A stretch of DNA of 64,000 nucleotides, taken from NCBI GenBank assembly GCA_038227375.1, contig JBBRPY010000007.1:6681-70680 (forward strand), written 5' to 3'. Below, one piece after another: positions 37,008 to 46,887 of the stretch (positions within the stretch are counted from its first letter, which is position 1; the number at the start of each line of letters is the position of its first letter). This DNA comes from Dehalococcoidia bacterium. Its GTDB lineage: Bacteria > Chloroflexota > Dehalococcoidia > DSTF01 > JACRBR01. Made by a program: the position numbers and the translations under genes. Under the pieces are notes generated by a model, which saw only the letters and a list, made by a program, of their open reading frames with translations, was not told where the DNA came from and made no database searches.

Positions 37008-38264
37008 ATGCTTAGCGTTCGTCGCCGCATCGTCGGAGAGTCGGGACAGGTCCTGCCCTTCATGGCCCTCCTGTTGTTCATCATCATCGGGCTGCTTGGC
37101 CTGGCGGTGGACGTCGGGCACATCTATGCCGCCCGCGCCCAGCTTGGGCGCTCGGTCGACGCCGCGGCGCTCGCCGGCGCGCAGCAGTTGCCCAACGTCA
37201 CCGCCGCCGACGCGAAGGCGCGCGCCTTCATCGCCGCGAACGACCCCGACGCCACGATCAACGTGCAGGTGTATCCGAACGTGCCCTCGCAGCAGGTCGG
37301 AGTGAAGGCGACGAAGACGGTGAAGACGTTCTTTATGCGCGTCTTCGGCATCTCGACGGTGCAGGTCACCAACGACGCGCTCGCCGGGTTCGGCGTGATT
37401 CCGGTGGACGCCGTCCTCGGCATCGACTCCACCGGCAGTATGCGCAACGCCCCGTGCACGAGCGCCTTCGACGCAACGACACCCGGCTGCCCGATTAAGG
37501 AGGCGAAGGACGCCGCCAAAGCGTTCGTCAACACGCTGCTCCCCAGCAGCTCCACGCAGGTCGGGATGTACCCGTATCGCGGCTGCTACAACCCGCCGGA
37601 CCCGAGCGGCACCTGCATCCCGACGAGCGCGATCCAGAACCTCACCTCGAACGCGGCGACGATCAACGCCAAGATCACCGCGATCGACTCGACGGGTGGC
37701 TCCGGAACGAACACCTGTCTCGCGCTGCTCCAGGGGGATCAGACCGTCTTCGGCCCGGGGTATTCGACGGCATCAAATACACGCCGTTATGTCGTTCTGC
37801 TCACCGACGGCGACAACGTGTACAACAGCGTCTCGTACGTCGCGGGCCTGGCGCCGCCGACGGCCTGCCGCCCGTCCAACAGCCAGACTTCTGACACCTA
37901 CGTCGGCACACAGTGTTCGGGCATTGGTGACCCAAGTGCGGGCGCCAACTCGAACCCGAAGGAGCGCGAGCTCGACACCAAGGGCAAGACGGAGTCAGAC
38001 ACGCTGAAGACCAAAGGCGTGGAGGTCTACATCGTCGCCCTCAGCGTCTGCGGCTCGGAGGACAACCAGTTTCCCGGCACGAGCTACTGCTCGAATATCG
38101 GGAACAGCGACCCTGACACGATCTCCGACCAGCGTACGCTGAAGTGTGTCGCCTCGTCGTCGCCCGGCACGAACGACCACTACTTCCGCACAGACAACGC
38201 CGCGGACCTGCCAGCGATCTTCTCGAAGATCGCGCAGATCATCGCATTCAGGTTGATCAAATGA
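37008..38264 (+). CDS. tadG: TadG-like pseudopilin with Cys-rich VWA domain
   Basis: ESGQV, LAVDVG, DAAALAGA, MIDAS DSTGS, LLTDG. Confidence 0.85.
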   Translation: MLSVRRRIVGESGQVLPFMALLLFIIIGLLGLAVDVGHIYAARAQLGRSVDAAALAGAQQLPNVTAADAKARAFIAANDPDATINVQVYPNVPSQQVGVKATKTVKTFFMRVFGISTVQVTNDALAGFGVIPVDAVLGIDSTGSMRNAPCTSAFDATTPGCPIKEAKDAAKAFVNTLLPSSSTQVGMYPYRGCYNPPDPSGTCIPTSAIQNLTSNAATINAKITAIDSTGGSGTNTCLALLQGDQTVFGPGYSTASNTRRYVVLLTDGDNVYNSVSYVAGLAPPTACRPSNSQTSDTYVGTQCSGIGDPSAGANSNPKERELDTKGKTESDTLKTKGVEVYIVALSVCGSEDNQFPGTSYCSNIGNSDPDTISDQRTLKCVASSSPGTNDHYFRTDNAADLPAIFSKIAQIIAFRLIK

Positions 38265-38743
38265 GCCATCCACGAGCAACTCGACGCCGTGAGCTGGGCC
38301 AGACACTTGTGGAGTTCGGGTTGATCTTGCCCGTCTTCATGCTGATGATCTTCGGCCTCGTCGATCTGGCGCGGCTGATGCAGTCGCACGTCACGATCCA
38401 AGAGGGCGCGCGCGACGGCGCCCGCTACGCTGTCACCGGGCGGATCGACTGTGTGACGGCGGGGACGCAGACCCGCGACAACTGCATCAAGCAGGCTGTG
38501 AAGGATCGCACGGCGGATCTGAACAACAGCTCGACCATCACCTCGTCGTTCAAGAGCTGGACCTTCCCCTCGTACGCCGACCCGGCGACGCCGAATAACG
38601 CGGGGAAGCAGTGCGACGCTATCGAGGTCGCTGTGAAATACGACTACAAACCGATCACGCCGATGTTCAAGTTTCTCATTCCGAACGTGACACTGAGCGC
38701 CTCCGAGCGAATGGTAAACGAGCCCTTCGGCACCTGCAGCTAG
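38261..38743 (+). CDS. tadE: TadE-like pseudopilin
   Basis: GQTLVEFGLILP, ARDGARYA; ATG overlaps the tadG stop. Confidence 0.88.
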   Translation: MSHPRATRRRELGQTLVEFGLILPVFMLMIFGLVDLARLMQSHVTIQEGARDGARYAVTGRIDCVTAGTQTRDNCIKQAVKDRTADLNNSSTITSSFKSWTFPSYADPATPNNAGKQCDAIEVAVKYDYKPITPMFKFLIPNVTLSASERMVNEPFGTCS

Positions 38744-38832
38744 CGCGTTCGAGGCGAGCGCCTGGGCGCGCAGGTGCGGTTGGAATGCTATAGTTCTCTC
38801 AACATCGAGACCTCGATCCCGCACGAGGGCCT

Positions 38833-39903
38833 GTGAGCGAATCAGCCCCGCCCCGCCCCGCCCAGCTCGCGCTGATCTTTCCCGGCCAGGGTTCGCAGCA
38901 TCCTGGCATGGGCAAGCGCATCGCGGCCGCCTCGGCGGCCGCGCGCGACGTATTCGCGCAGGCCGACGAGATCCTCAACGTCGATCTCACCCGTATCACG
39001 ACGGAGGGCTCGGCACGAGACCTCCGCAAGACAGCGAACACGCAGCCGGCCATTCTCGCCGTGAGCTGGGCGTACCTCGCGTACCTGCGTGAGCGCGCTG
39101 CGGAGATGGGGAGGCAGCTGCTGCCGTCGCACGTCTCCGGCCACAGCGTCGGCCAGTTCTCCGCCGCCGCCGCCGCCGACGCGATCTCGTTTTCGGATGC
39201 GCTGAGCCTCGTGCGGGAACGCGGCCGCATCATGAGCGTCTGGTCGAAGCGGCGCCCGGGCGGCATGGCGAGCGTCATTGGCCCCACTGACGACGACGTC
39301 GCCGACATCTGCAGCCGCGTCTCGCCCGATGGGGACGTTGCGGTCGCCGCAGTCAATGCCCCCGGCCAGACCGTGATCTCCGGCACGCTTGCCGCCCTCG
39401 CCCGCGCGGTCGAGTCGCTCAAGGAGCGGGGTCGCGTCGTCCAGTTGCCCATCTCGGTGCCCGGCCACTTCCCGAAGATGGCTGAGGCGCGCGATGAGCT
39501 GCGCCGCTTCATCGATGGCATCGAGTTCCACGACCCGCAGGCGCCGGTCGTCTCGAGTCTCACCGGCAAGCTCCTGACGACCGCCGACGAGGTCCGTCAG
39601 GAGTTGAGCGATCAGATGACGGGCGCGATCAACTGGATGCGCGCGTTCCGCGAGATGCGCCGCGGCGGCGCTTCGGCGTTTTTGGAGATGGGGCCCGGGC
39701 ACGTGCTCGGCAACATCAGCAAGCGCGTCGACCGTGACGCGCAGATCATCGACCTCTTCGACGAGTCCCAATGGCGCGGCTTGATCCTTGCCGGTCCCCC
39801 GCTCCTCCCTCAGGCGGCGCCGTACGCGACCGCGGCCGCGGATGGATCCGCGCTCGCGGCGCCGTACGTGCGCGTTGCGGCCCCGCGCGCAGCGCGCCCG
39901 TGA
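38833..39903 (+). CDS. fabD: Malonyl-CoA:ACP transacylase
   Basis: FPGQGSQ, TQPAI, GHSVG, EMGPG. Confidence 0.9.
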   Translation: MSESAPPRPAQLALIFPGQGSQHPGMGKRIAAASAAARDVFAQADEILNVDLTRITTEGSARDLRKTANTQPAILAVSWAYLAYLRERAAEMGRQLLPSHVSGHSVGQFSAAAAADAISFSDALSLVRERGRIMSVWSKRRPGGMASVIGPTDDDVADICSRVSPDGDVAVAAVNAPGQTVISGTLAALARAVESLKERGRVVQLPISVPGHFPKMAEARDELRRFIDGIEFHDPQAPVVSSLTGKLLTTADEVRQELSDQMTGAINWMRAFREMRRGGASAFLEMGPGHVLGNISKRVDRDAQIIDLFDESQWRGLILAGPPLLPQAAPYATAAADGSALAAPYVRVAAPRAARP

Positions 39904-41162
39904 CGAGACCGGAGTCCCTGCCAAACCGCCGGGTCGTCGTCACCGGCATGGGCACGGTCTGCCCACTCGGCAACAACTGGCGCGACGCCTGGCAGGCGAT
40001 GACCGAGGGCCGCTCCGGCGTCGCCCTCCTCACGCAGTTCGACACCAGCCAATTCGAAGTAAAAATCGGCGCCGAGGTGAAGGACTTCCATCCGGAAGAG
40101 ATCATCCCCTCCAAAGAGCTGCGCCGGATGGATGAGAACGGGCAGTTCGCCGTCGTGTCGGCGCTCGAAGCGCTTGCCGACTCCGGTCTCGTGATCGATC
40201 AGCGCAACCGCGATGATGTCGGCGTCATCTTCGGCACGGCGGGCGGCGGCTACGGCTTGCTGCTCGAACAGGAGGAGATCTTCGCCAAGAGCGGTCACCG
40301 CCGCGTCAGCCCGTTTCTCATCAGCAATATGCTTCCCGATGCCGCGTCCGGCCACGTCGCGATCGCGATCGGCGCATGCGGGCCGAACTTCGCGGTCGCA
40401 TCGGCGTGCTCGACGGGCGCTGGCGCGATCGGTGAGTCATGGGAGACGATTCGCCGCGGCGATGCGGAGGCGATCATCACGGGCGGGACCGACAATCCGC
40501 TGCTGCCAGTCTTGCTTGCGGGCTTTCATGCGCTACGGGCGCTCGCCGACGATGCCGAACATCCGGAACGCGCCTGCAAGCCCTTCGACGCGCGGCGGAG
40601 CGGCTTCGTCGTCGGCCAGGGCGCCGCGGCGCTGGTGCTGGAGAGCCTCGACTCAGCTCGGGCGCGCGGCGCCGAAATCTACGCCGAGGTGATCGGCTAC
40701 GCCACCAGCAACGACGCCACGGACATGGTGGCGTCGCTCGAGACCGGGCGCGCTTCGGCGCAGGCGATGACTCGCGCCATGCGCAAAGCCGGCATCGAAC
40801 CGAGCGAGGTGGACTACATCAACCCGCACGGCACCGGCACGCCGCTGAACGACCGGGCTGAGACGCGGGCGATCAAGCTCGCGTTCGGAGACCACGCGCG
40901 GAAGCTCGCCATAAGCTCTACGAAGTCGATGCACGGGCACCTGATGGGCGGCGCCGGCGCGCTCGAGGCGATTGCTTCCATCCAGGCGATCCGCACCGCC
41001 ATCATCCCGCCCACGATCAACTACGAAGTCCCGGACCCGGATTGCGATCTGGACTACGTGCCCAACATCGCGCGCCAGGCCGATGTGCGGGTGGCCCTCA
41101 GCAACTCTGTCGGCCTCGGCGGCCACAACGCCTGCGTGCTGTTCCAGAGGTACGAGGAGTAG
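39900..41162 (+). CDS. fabF: Beta-ketoacyl-ACP synthase II
   Basis: RRVVVTGMG, SACSTG, NPHGTGT, KSMHGH, GLGGHNA. Confidence 0.92.
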   Translation: MTRPESLPNRRVVVTGMGTVCPLGNNWRDAWQAMTEGRSGVALLTQFDTSQFEVKIGAEVKDFHPEEIIPSKELRRMDENGQFAVVSALEALADSGLVIDQRNRDDVGVIFGTAGGGYGLLLEQEEIFAKSGHRRVSPFLISNMLPDAASGHVAIAIGACGPNFAVASACSTGAGAIGESWETIRRGDAEAIITGGTDNPLLPVLLAGFHALRALADDAEHPERACKPFDARRSGFVVGQGAAALVLESLDSARARGAEIYAEVIGYATSNDATDMVASLETGRASAQAMTRAMRKAGIEPSEVDYINPHGTGTPLNDRAETRAIKLAFGDHARKLAISSTKSMHGHLMGGAGALEAIASIQAIRTAIIPPTINYEVPDPDCDLDYVPNIARQADVRVALSNSVGLGGHNACVLFQRYEE

Positions 41163-41263
41163 CATCGCCGGCTTCCGGCGAGTCTTCGACTTCGGCGACC
41201 GTGATACACTCAGACTGTGAGTCGTTTCGGCTCGCGTGGCCGGTTGAACCTGAGAATTGCCGC

Positions 41264-41473
41264 ATGCCTGAGCCGATCTTCGAAAAGACGTTTCCCCTGC
41301 CGCTCGGCTACACCTTCACGGCGCGCGCGCGGCCGTCGACGATCAAGCGCACCGTTATCCGGCTGCTGCCGTGGGCGCTGTTTGCGATGATGCCCACCGG
41401 CCGCCGCGCTCGGCTAGCGCTGATGGTCGCCCGCAAAGTTTCACCGCTGATGCGGCAGAAGATCCGCGGCTGA
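41264..41473 (+). CDS. Small basic hypothetical protein (69 aa)
   Basis: MPEPIFEKTF...QKIRG; upstream TGa-TACACT -10; GC-biased codons. Confidence 0.5.
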   Translation: MPEPIFEKTFPLPLGYTFTARARPSTIKRTVIRLLPWALFAMMPTGRRARLALMVARKVSPLMRQKIRG

Positions 41474-41497
41474 GGGTAGAGGATCTGCCGCCGCACG

Positions 41498-41558
41498 GGC
41501 CTCACCCTTCTCCACGGCGAGTCCGCGAACGGCCTCTCCCACTGCATGGAGAGGGGAG
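41498..41558. repeat. REP-like palindromic element (copy 2)
   Basis: GGCCTCACCC...CCTCTCC-N-GGAGAGG.GAG, same architecture as the reverse complement of 17366-17405. Confidence 0.55.
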
Positions 41559-41609
41559 CTAGCAACCGCCATGGGAAACGTGAAGGCGCGTCGCTGACAT
41601 CGAGCCCCC

Positions 41610-41637
41610 TTTGCCGTTTGCTGTTTGCCGTTTGCTG
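41610..41637. repeat. Heptamer tandem repeat (TTTGCYG)x4
   Basis: tttgccg tttgctg tttgccg tttgctg just after the RodZ-like stop. Confidence 0.85.
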
Positions 41638-41647
41638 TACCAGCGGC

Positions 41648-42328
41648 TCAGCCGCGCGGCACGACCAGCGTCACGGAGGTGCGGGCGCCGCCCTTCGTCC
41701 CCGGCGCAGGGTCTTGCGATGCGACGACACCCGGTTGGCCGCTGACGCCCGCCGTCTCGACGACGACGTAGCTCAGCCCCGCCTGCGACAGCGCCGCCAG
41801 CGCGTCATCAACGCGCACATCCTTGAGGTCAGGCACCGTACCCTTCTTCACGTCGGGCGGCGGCTTGCCGACGGCCGGCGCCTGGCCGCCACCGAGCGCC
41901 TCCGTCGTGATTGCCGGCACAACCGACGGCGACTTCACCGTCTTGGCGCTGCTGCCGCCGCTGGAGTACCAGAGAAATCCCCCGATAATCGCCAGCGCCA
42001 CCAGCACGCCGCCCGCCAACAGCCAGCTCGCCGAGCCGGTCACGGGGGGCGCCTGGACCTGCGGAAGCGGCTTGAACGCCGGCTGCTCCTGCTGTTCCTC
42101 GGCCTGCGCGTGGAACAGCCGCATCAGCTCGGCCGGATTCTGGCCCAGATATTGCGCGTAGGTGCGGAGAAACGCCCGGCTATAGACGGGCGCGGGGAAG
42201 ACATTCCAGTCCTCGCGCTCCAGCGCGTCCAGGTAGCGCTTGGAGATGCGGGTGTCGCGCTCGCAGTCTTCGAGCGTGAGCCCGCGCTGGATTCGCCCCT
42301 GGGACAGGGTCTTGCCGAGTTGCGTCAT
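41648..42328 (-). CDS. RodZ-like HTH-TM protein with C-terminal PASTA domain
   Basis: LGKTL...TRISKRYLDALE...YSRAFLRTYAQYLG; TM; VPDLKD...A...L...GL...VVASQDPAPG PASTA pattern. Confidence 0.85.
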   Translation of the reverse strand: MTQLGKTLSQGRIQRGLTLEDCERDTRISKRYLDALEREDWNVFPAPVYSRAFLRTYAQYLGQNPAELMRLFHAQAEEQQEQPAFKPLPQVQAPPVTGSASWLLAGGVLVALAIIGGFLWYSSGGSSAKTVKSPSVVPAITTEALGGGQAPAVGKPPPDVKKGTVPDLKDVRVDDALAALSQAGLSYVVVETAGVSGQPGVVASQDPAPGTKGGARTSVTLVVPRG

Positions 42329-42581
42329 GGAGGCCGTTTCGGGGTAGCTTCGAAGCTGGATGTCTCTCGGGAGGGTAGCGAACGCTCACATGCCGGTCAA
42401 CGGGCCCCTGGGTATGGCAGCCAGCTCCCCGAAGCTAACGCCGCGCTTATGAGCGGGCCCCAGCGACGGCGATCGGAGGATGTTAAGTGACCTTCTCGCC
42501 CGACGGCTCGGGCGGAGCCTGTTTCGCCGCCAGGCCGCATATGGGCAGAAAACCGCCGGATTGGCGAGGGATCCGGTTCAA

Positions 42582-42609
42582 TTGACACCTACCGGGCCGA
42601 CGATAAGCT
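42582..42609 (+). promoter_or_regulatory. sigma70 promoter of the Zn-dehydrogenase
   Basis: TTGACA-N16-TAAGCT. Confidence 0.6.
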
Positions 42610-42666
42610 TTTTCCACACATCACGAGGAACTCGCGTCACAGACGCGCAGCGAAAGGGACATCATC

Positions 42667-43779
42667 ATGGGCGCAACCGGTAAGGCGGCGGTCTTACTCG
42701 GCCCCGGCAAGGGCTACGAGATCCAGGAGTTTGACATTCCGGTTCCCGAACCGGATGCGGTCGTCGTTAAGGTGTCGATGGGCGGCATCTGCGGCTCCGA
42801 TCTGCACATCTGGCGCGGCGACTCACCGCTGTTCGCCGCGATGGCGGGCAGCGTCGCCGGACACGAGATGACCGGGCGCGTGCACAGCCTCGGCTCGAAC
42901 ATCAAGACGGACTCGCTGGGGCGGCCGCTGAAGGAAGGCGACCGCGTCGCCTACGCCTACTTCTACCCCTGCCAGCGGTGCTACCAGTGCAACAAGGGCG
43001 AATTCGCCACCTGCCCGAATAAGATGGGCCGGATGGGCCCGAGTGTCAGTCGCTTCAGCGGCGCCTACGGCGAGTACTACTACCTGAAGCCCGGCGGCTG
43101 GATCTTCAAGGTGCCCGACGCGATCAGCGACGAAGTCGCGACGCCGGTGAACTGCGCGCTCTCGCAGGTGACGTACGGCCTGCAGAAGGCGGGTTTGCGG
43201 TATGGCGACACCGTGGTCGTGCAGGGGGCGGGCGGCCTCGGCCTGAACGCGATCGCCGTCGCCAAAGAGATGGGCGCCGACGCCGTGATCGCCATCGACG
43301 GCGTGCCGAGCCGGCTCGCGCTCGCCAAAAAGTTCGGCGCCGATGAGGTGATCGACATCAACGACAATCCGACGCCGATGGACCGCATTGCCAAGGTGAA
43401 GGGGATGACCGGCGGCCGCGGCGGCGACGTGGTCGTCGAGGTGGTGGGCATGCCGGCGGTCGTACCCGAGGGCCTGCAGATGCTGCGGGAGGGCGGCACC
43501 TATCTGGAAATCGGCAACATCTCCTTCGGCCGCACCGCGGAGATCGACCCGTCGCAGCTCGTCTGGGGGTCGAAGCGCATTCAGGGCGTGATCATGTACG
43601 ACCCCTGGGTGATCCCGGAGGCGCTCGACTTTCTCGTGCGGACGAAGGACAAGTACCCGCACGGCGATGTCATCTCGCACAAGTTCAAGCTCGAAGACAT
43701 CAACGAAGCCTTCGAGAACAGCGAGTGGGCGCGCGAGGGCACGACCACGAAGGTGAACCGCGCCGTCATCACGATGTAG
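42667..43779 (+). CDS. Zn-binding medium-chain dehydrogenase
   Basis: CGSDLH, GHEMTG, CQRCYQC...C, GAGGLG. Confidence 0.92.
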   Translation: MGATGKAAVLLGPGKGYEIQEFDIPVPEPDAVVVKVSMGGICGSDLHIWRGDSPLFAAMAGSVAGHEMTGRVHSLGSNIKTDSLGRPLKEGDRVAYAYFYPCQRCYQCNKGEFATCPNKMGRMGPSVSRFSGAYGEYYYLKPGGWIFKVPDAISDEVATPVNCALSQVTYGLQKAGLRYGDTVVVQGAGGLGLNAIAVAKEMGADAVIAIDGVPSRLALAKKFGADEVIDINDNPTPMDRIAKVKGMTGGRGGDVVVEVVGMPAVVPEGLQMLREGGTYLEIGNISFGRTAEIDPSQLVWGSKRIQGVIMYDPWVIPEALDFLVRTKDKYPHGDVISHKFKLEDINEAFENSEWAREGTTTKVNRAVITM

Positions 43780-43891
43780 CGCGAAATGGCGCCTCACGGT
43801 CCTCCATGGCCTGGGACAACGATCGGTTCGAAGGCCCGCCGCCGTTGCGTGCGTGGTGAAGGGGGCGGCCGCGCGCTGGGTGCGGAGGGAT

Positions 43892-45262
43892 TCAGCTCCC
43901 GCGCGCTTGCGCGGTGACGTCTTCGAGCGCCTTCCTCGCCGTGGAAGCATAGAGCACGCTGAAGTTCGGCGCGGTCTGCTCCAGGCGGTCGAGGTAGGTC
44001 TTCGCTTTCGCCGTGTCGCCCGCGGCTTTGTAGATCATGCCCGCATGGAAGGTGATCAGGGGGTCGAGCGTGCCGGAACTGAGCGCCTGCTCGACGGCGG
44101 TCTGTGCCTCGGCAATATTCCCCGCCTTGAACTGCACCCACGCCAGCACGTCGGCCGCCAGGATGCTCGGTTGCTGCGCGAACGCCGTCTTCGCGCGGTC
44201 GACCGTCGCCGCGACGTTCCGGTCGTGGTCGGCGTTGAAGAGGCCGATCTGCAGGTCAAGATTCACGCCGTTGGCCGCATAGAGCTGCTCGATCGCGCCG
44301 ATGAGGTCGTACTGCGCCTGTGCGTTCTTCTGATCACCCGAAGACGCATAGACATCGCCGAGCGCCGTCACATACTCGGGCAGTGGTACGGCATTGATCG
44401 CGCGGGTGTAGTACTCGATGGCGCGCGCGGTATCACCCTGCGCCGCGGCGACGCGGCCAGTGCCCGCGAGCGCGTGGACGTAGCCGGGGAAAGCGTCGAG
44501 CGATAGCTGATATTGTTTCGCTGCGTCGTCGACCCGGCCGAGGGCGAAGTAGAAGCTCGCGATCTGTGCGTGCGCCCAAGCGGAATGCTCCGGCGTCCCA
44601 TCGCCTTTCGCGCGCTTGATCGCCTCCTGCCAGCTACCCTCGGCGTCGCCGATCTGACCGCGCGTCTGAAACAGCGCTGCCCGCCGGCCGAACGCGGAGA
44701 GGTCGGGCGAAAGCTCAATCAGCTTCTCGTACGCGAAGTCCGCTTCCTTGTACTGCCCCAGCCCCATATAGGCATCGCCGAGCACACCGTATCCATAGGC
44801 GCTCTTCGGCTTCAGCGGGATCGCCGCCGCAGCCAGCGCGAGGCCGGCGGCGTATTCGTGCTTCGTGTTCTGGACGTTGGCGAGCAATGCGATGCCGTCG
44901 TAGTTGCTGTTCAACCTGATCTTTAGTGAACGACGCAGCGCGTCCTCGGCGCGGGCAATCTCCGACACGTCGCCCGTCTCTCGCGCGCGCTGCTGGTGCT
45001 CGATCGCAAGGTTGTTCAGGCTGAAGACGTCGAGCGGGTCACCGGCGGCGCGCTCTTCTAGAAACGCGATGCGCGCATCCTGCCGTTGGCGGGCATCCGC
45101 AACGGCAGTCGGCCCGCTGGCGGCGCCCGAGCCTGTGCTCTTGCTCGCCGCACCACCTCCGCACGCCGCGAGCAGGAGCATCGCAAGCGCCATGCTGGTG
45201 CCAAGAAGGTGCAACCTGATGTGGGTTGCCGCGGCGTTGCCGGTGTTCATTCTCGCGCGCAT
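43892..45262 (-). CDS. TPR lipoprotein (typical DUF4331 neighbour)
   Basis: Lipobox LLAAC, multiple TPRs (GVLGDAYMGLGQY), DVLAWVQF, FHAGMI. Confidence 0.82.
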   Translation of the reverse strand: MRARMNTGNAAATHIRLHLLGTSMALAMLLLAACGGGAASKSTGSGAASGPTAVADARQRQDARIAFLEERAAGDPLDVFSLNNLAIEHQQRARETGDVSEIARAEDALRRSLKIRLNSNYDGIALLANVQNTKHEYAAGLALAAAAIPLKPKSAYGYGVLGDAYMGLGQYKEADFAYEKLIELSPDLSAFGRRAALFQTRGQIGDAEGSWQEAIKRAKGDGTPEHSAWAHAQIASFYFALGRVDDAAKQYQLSLDAFPGYVHALAGTGRVAAAQGDTARAIEYYTRAINAVPLPEYVTALGDVYASSGDQKNAQAQYDLIGAIEQLYAANGVNLDLQIGLFNADHDRNVAATVDRAKTAFAQQPSILAADVLAWVQFKAGNIAEAQTAVEQALSSGTLDPLITFHAGMIYKAAGDTAKAKTYLDRLEQTAPNFSVLYASTARKALEDVTAQARGS

Positions 45263-45441
45263 CGACGATGCTCCGCCTTCCTGAGGTTCGGTACCGAGGT
45301 GGCGCCGCTCGTCCCGCGCGGCGCACCAAGTGCCTTCTCGCTGCTGGTCCTGCGGAGGATCAGCTCCGTGAGCGTCGGCGGCTGTCGTCCGGGACGGCTC
45401 GATCGACGTTTGTTGAGCACTGGCCGTCGGCAATGGTGGTG

Positions 45442-45474
45442 GGGCCGGGGGTCGCCAGTGGCGACCCCCGGCCC
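45442..45474. terminator. Perfect 15-bp hairpin after the DUF4331 gene
   Basis: GGGCCGGGGGTCGCC-AGT-GGCGACCCCCGGCCC; no U-tract. Confidence 0.6.
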
Positions 45475-45486
45475 GCTCGCATCAAA

Positions 45487-46740
45487 CTATCGCCCGCGTC
45501 CGCGCACGGCGAAGGCGCCGCCGGCGAAGACGACCGCGGCCGCGCCAAGCGCGAGCGCGATCCAGAGCGAGGTGTTGCTCCCGCCGCCGGACGCATCACC
45601 CGTGCCCGTGTTCGGAGCGGTCACCCCGGACGGTCGGGTCGCCGTGGCGACTGCGGCGGCCGGCGAGCCCGACGTAGCCGGAGCCGTCGCCGCTGCAGCA
45701 GCCGCCGGGATTGGCGTCGGGGCTGGCGACGTGTTCGCAACGCCGACGTACGGGAACGAGCTGAGGAACGTGCTGTCGTTCGCGACGTTGTCGCTGGCAG
45801 CGGCGTTGCCGGTAATCAACTGGAGCTCGCCGTCGATCACGTCGTCGGTGAGGGAACGGCCGTTGAGGAAGTTCAGCGGCTTGCCCGTGTCAAACGTCAG
45901 GATGTCGGGAAGTAGTGCGTCAGCAAGCTTCGGGTCCGAACCAAGGCCCGTCAGCGCAGAGACGAGCGTGGGCTTCCACGATGCCACATCGTTGGCCGGC
46001 TTGGTGTTGTTGAACGCATCCTTCTGGCCTTCCGGAATGAAGACCGTGGCGATCGCCGGGCGGCCCATCCGGTCGATCACACTGCCGCCCTTGCTGGTGA
46101 CGGCCCAGACGCCGGCGGCCGTCGAGCCAGACTTCTCGATGTCCGCCGGTGGCAACTCCATCACGATGGCCGAAACATTCAGCCCCTTGAAGAAGTTGTT
46201 ACCCGGGTTGCGGAACTTCAGACCCGCCTTAAAGGCGTTGAAGTCAAAGAAGAACGGGTCGTCGCGCAGGCCGGCGAACACCTTCACGCTGCCGGCGGTA
46301 TTGATCACCGGCGCATTCGTGCCGACCGATGTGTTGCCGGTCACGACCACGCTGCCGCCGTCGGCTTGCGTGTCCGCTGCGGCGCCGGTGGCCTTCTTCA
46401 CCGACATCGTCTGTGTGCCGTCGGCGGCGGCCGCGCCGAACGTCACGTTGTAGGTGACATCGGGAACGGCGTCGCCGTTGTTGTCGATGAGGAACTGGTA
46501 GAGGCCAGCGCTGTCGAATACCGGCTTGTCACCGGGCATCGCCAGACCGTTGACCGTCATCGTAAGGACGACGTTCCCGCCAGAGCCGGCAGACGCGTAG
46601 ACGTCGGCCAAGTCCAAGGGGTGGTTTGCCTTCGTCAGCGGCGCCTCGCTGTGGTCCGCGCCCGACGCCGGCGCCAGCGCGCCAACGAGCACGGCGGCGA
46701 TCGCGGCGATGCCGCTAAGTGCGAGCAGTAGTTTCTTCAC
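45487..46740 (-). CDS. DUF4331 family secreted protein with sortase-like tail
   Basis: ADHSEAP, DLADVY, FAGLRDDPFFFD, DRMGRPAI, NGRSLTDDVID, FPY; APNTG plus TM plus RGRGR. Confidence 0.88.
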   Translation of the reverse strand: MKKLLLALSGIAAIAAVLVGALAPASGADHSEAPLTKANHPLDLADVYASAGSGGNVVLTMTVNGLAMPGDKPVFDSAGLYQFLIDNNGDAVPDVTYNVTFGAAAADGTQTMSVKKATGAAADTQADGGSVVVTGNTSVGTNAPVINTAGSVKVFAGLRDDPFFFDFNAFKAGLKFRNPGNNFFKGLNVSAIVMELPPADIEKSGSTAAGVWAVTSKGGSVIDRMGRPAIATVFIPEGQKDAFNNTKPANDVASWKPTLVSALTGLGSDPKLADALLPDILTFDTGKPLNFLNGRSLTDDVIDGELQLITGNAAASDNVANDSTFLSSFPYVGVANTSPAPTPIPAAAAAATAPATSGSPAAAVATATRPSGVTAPNTGTGDASGGGSNTSLWIALALGAAAVVFAGGAFAVRGRGR

Positions 46741-46887
46741 GTAGTCTCCTCCTGAACTTTAGATGACCACCGACCTGACTGACGCACGTCCGTGGTGTGT
46801 GACCGTCCGCAATCCGCGGATCCTCTTGTGGCGGCGTACACCTCCTGTGGCTACCGGGCGCCCTGCCCGCTCCTGTTCTGGCACTTA

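Noticed and set aside
42335-42600. c-di-AMP (ydaO) riboswitch, sought because cdaA is present
   Set aside because: Conserved GCUGAAUCC, GGGGGA and GUCAGCUAAC elements not found here or in the other intergenic regions I read.
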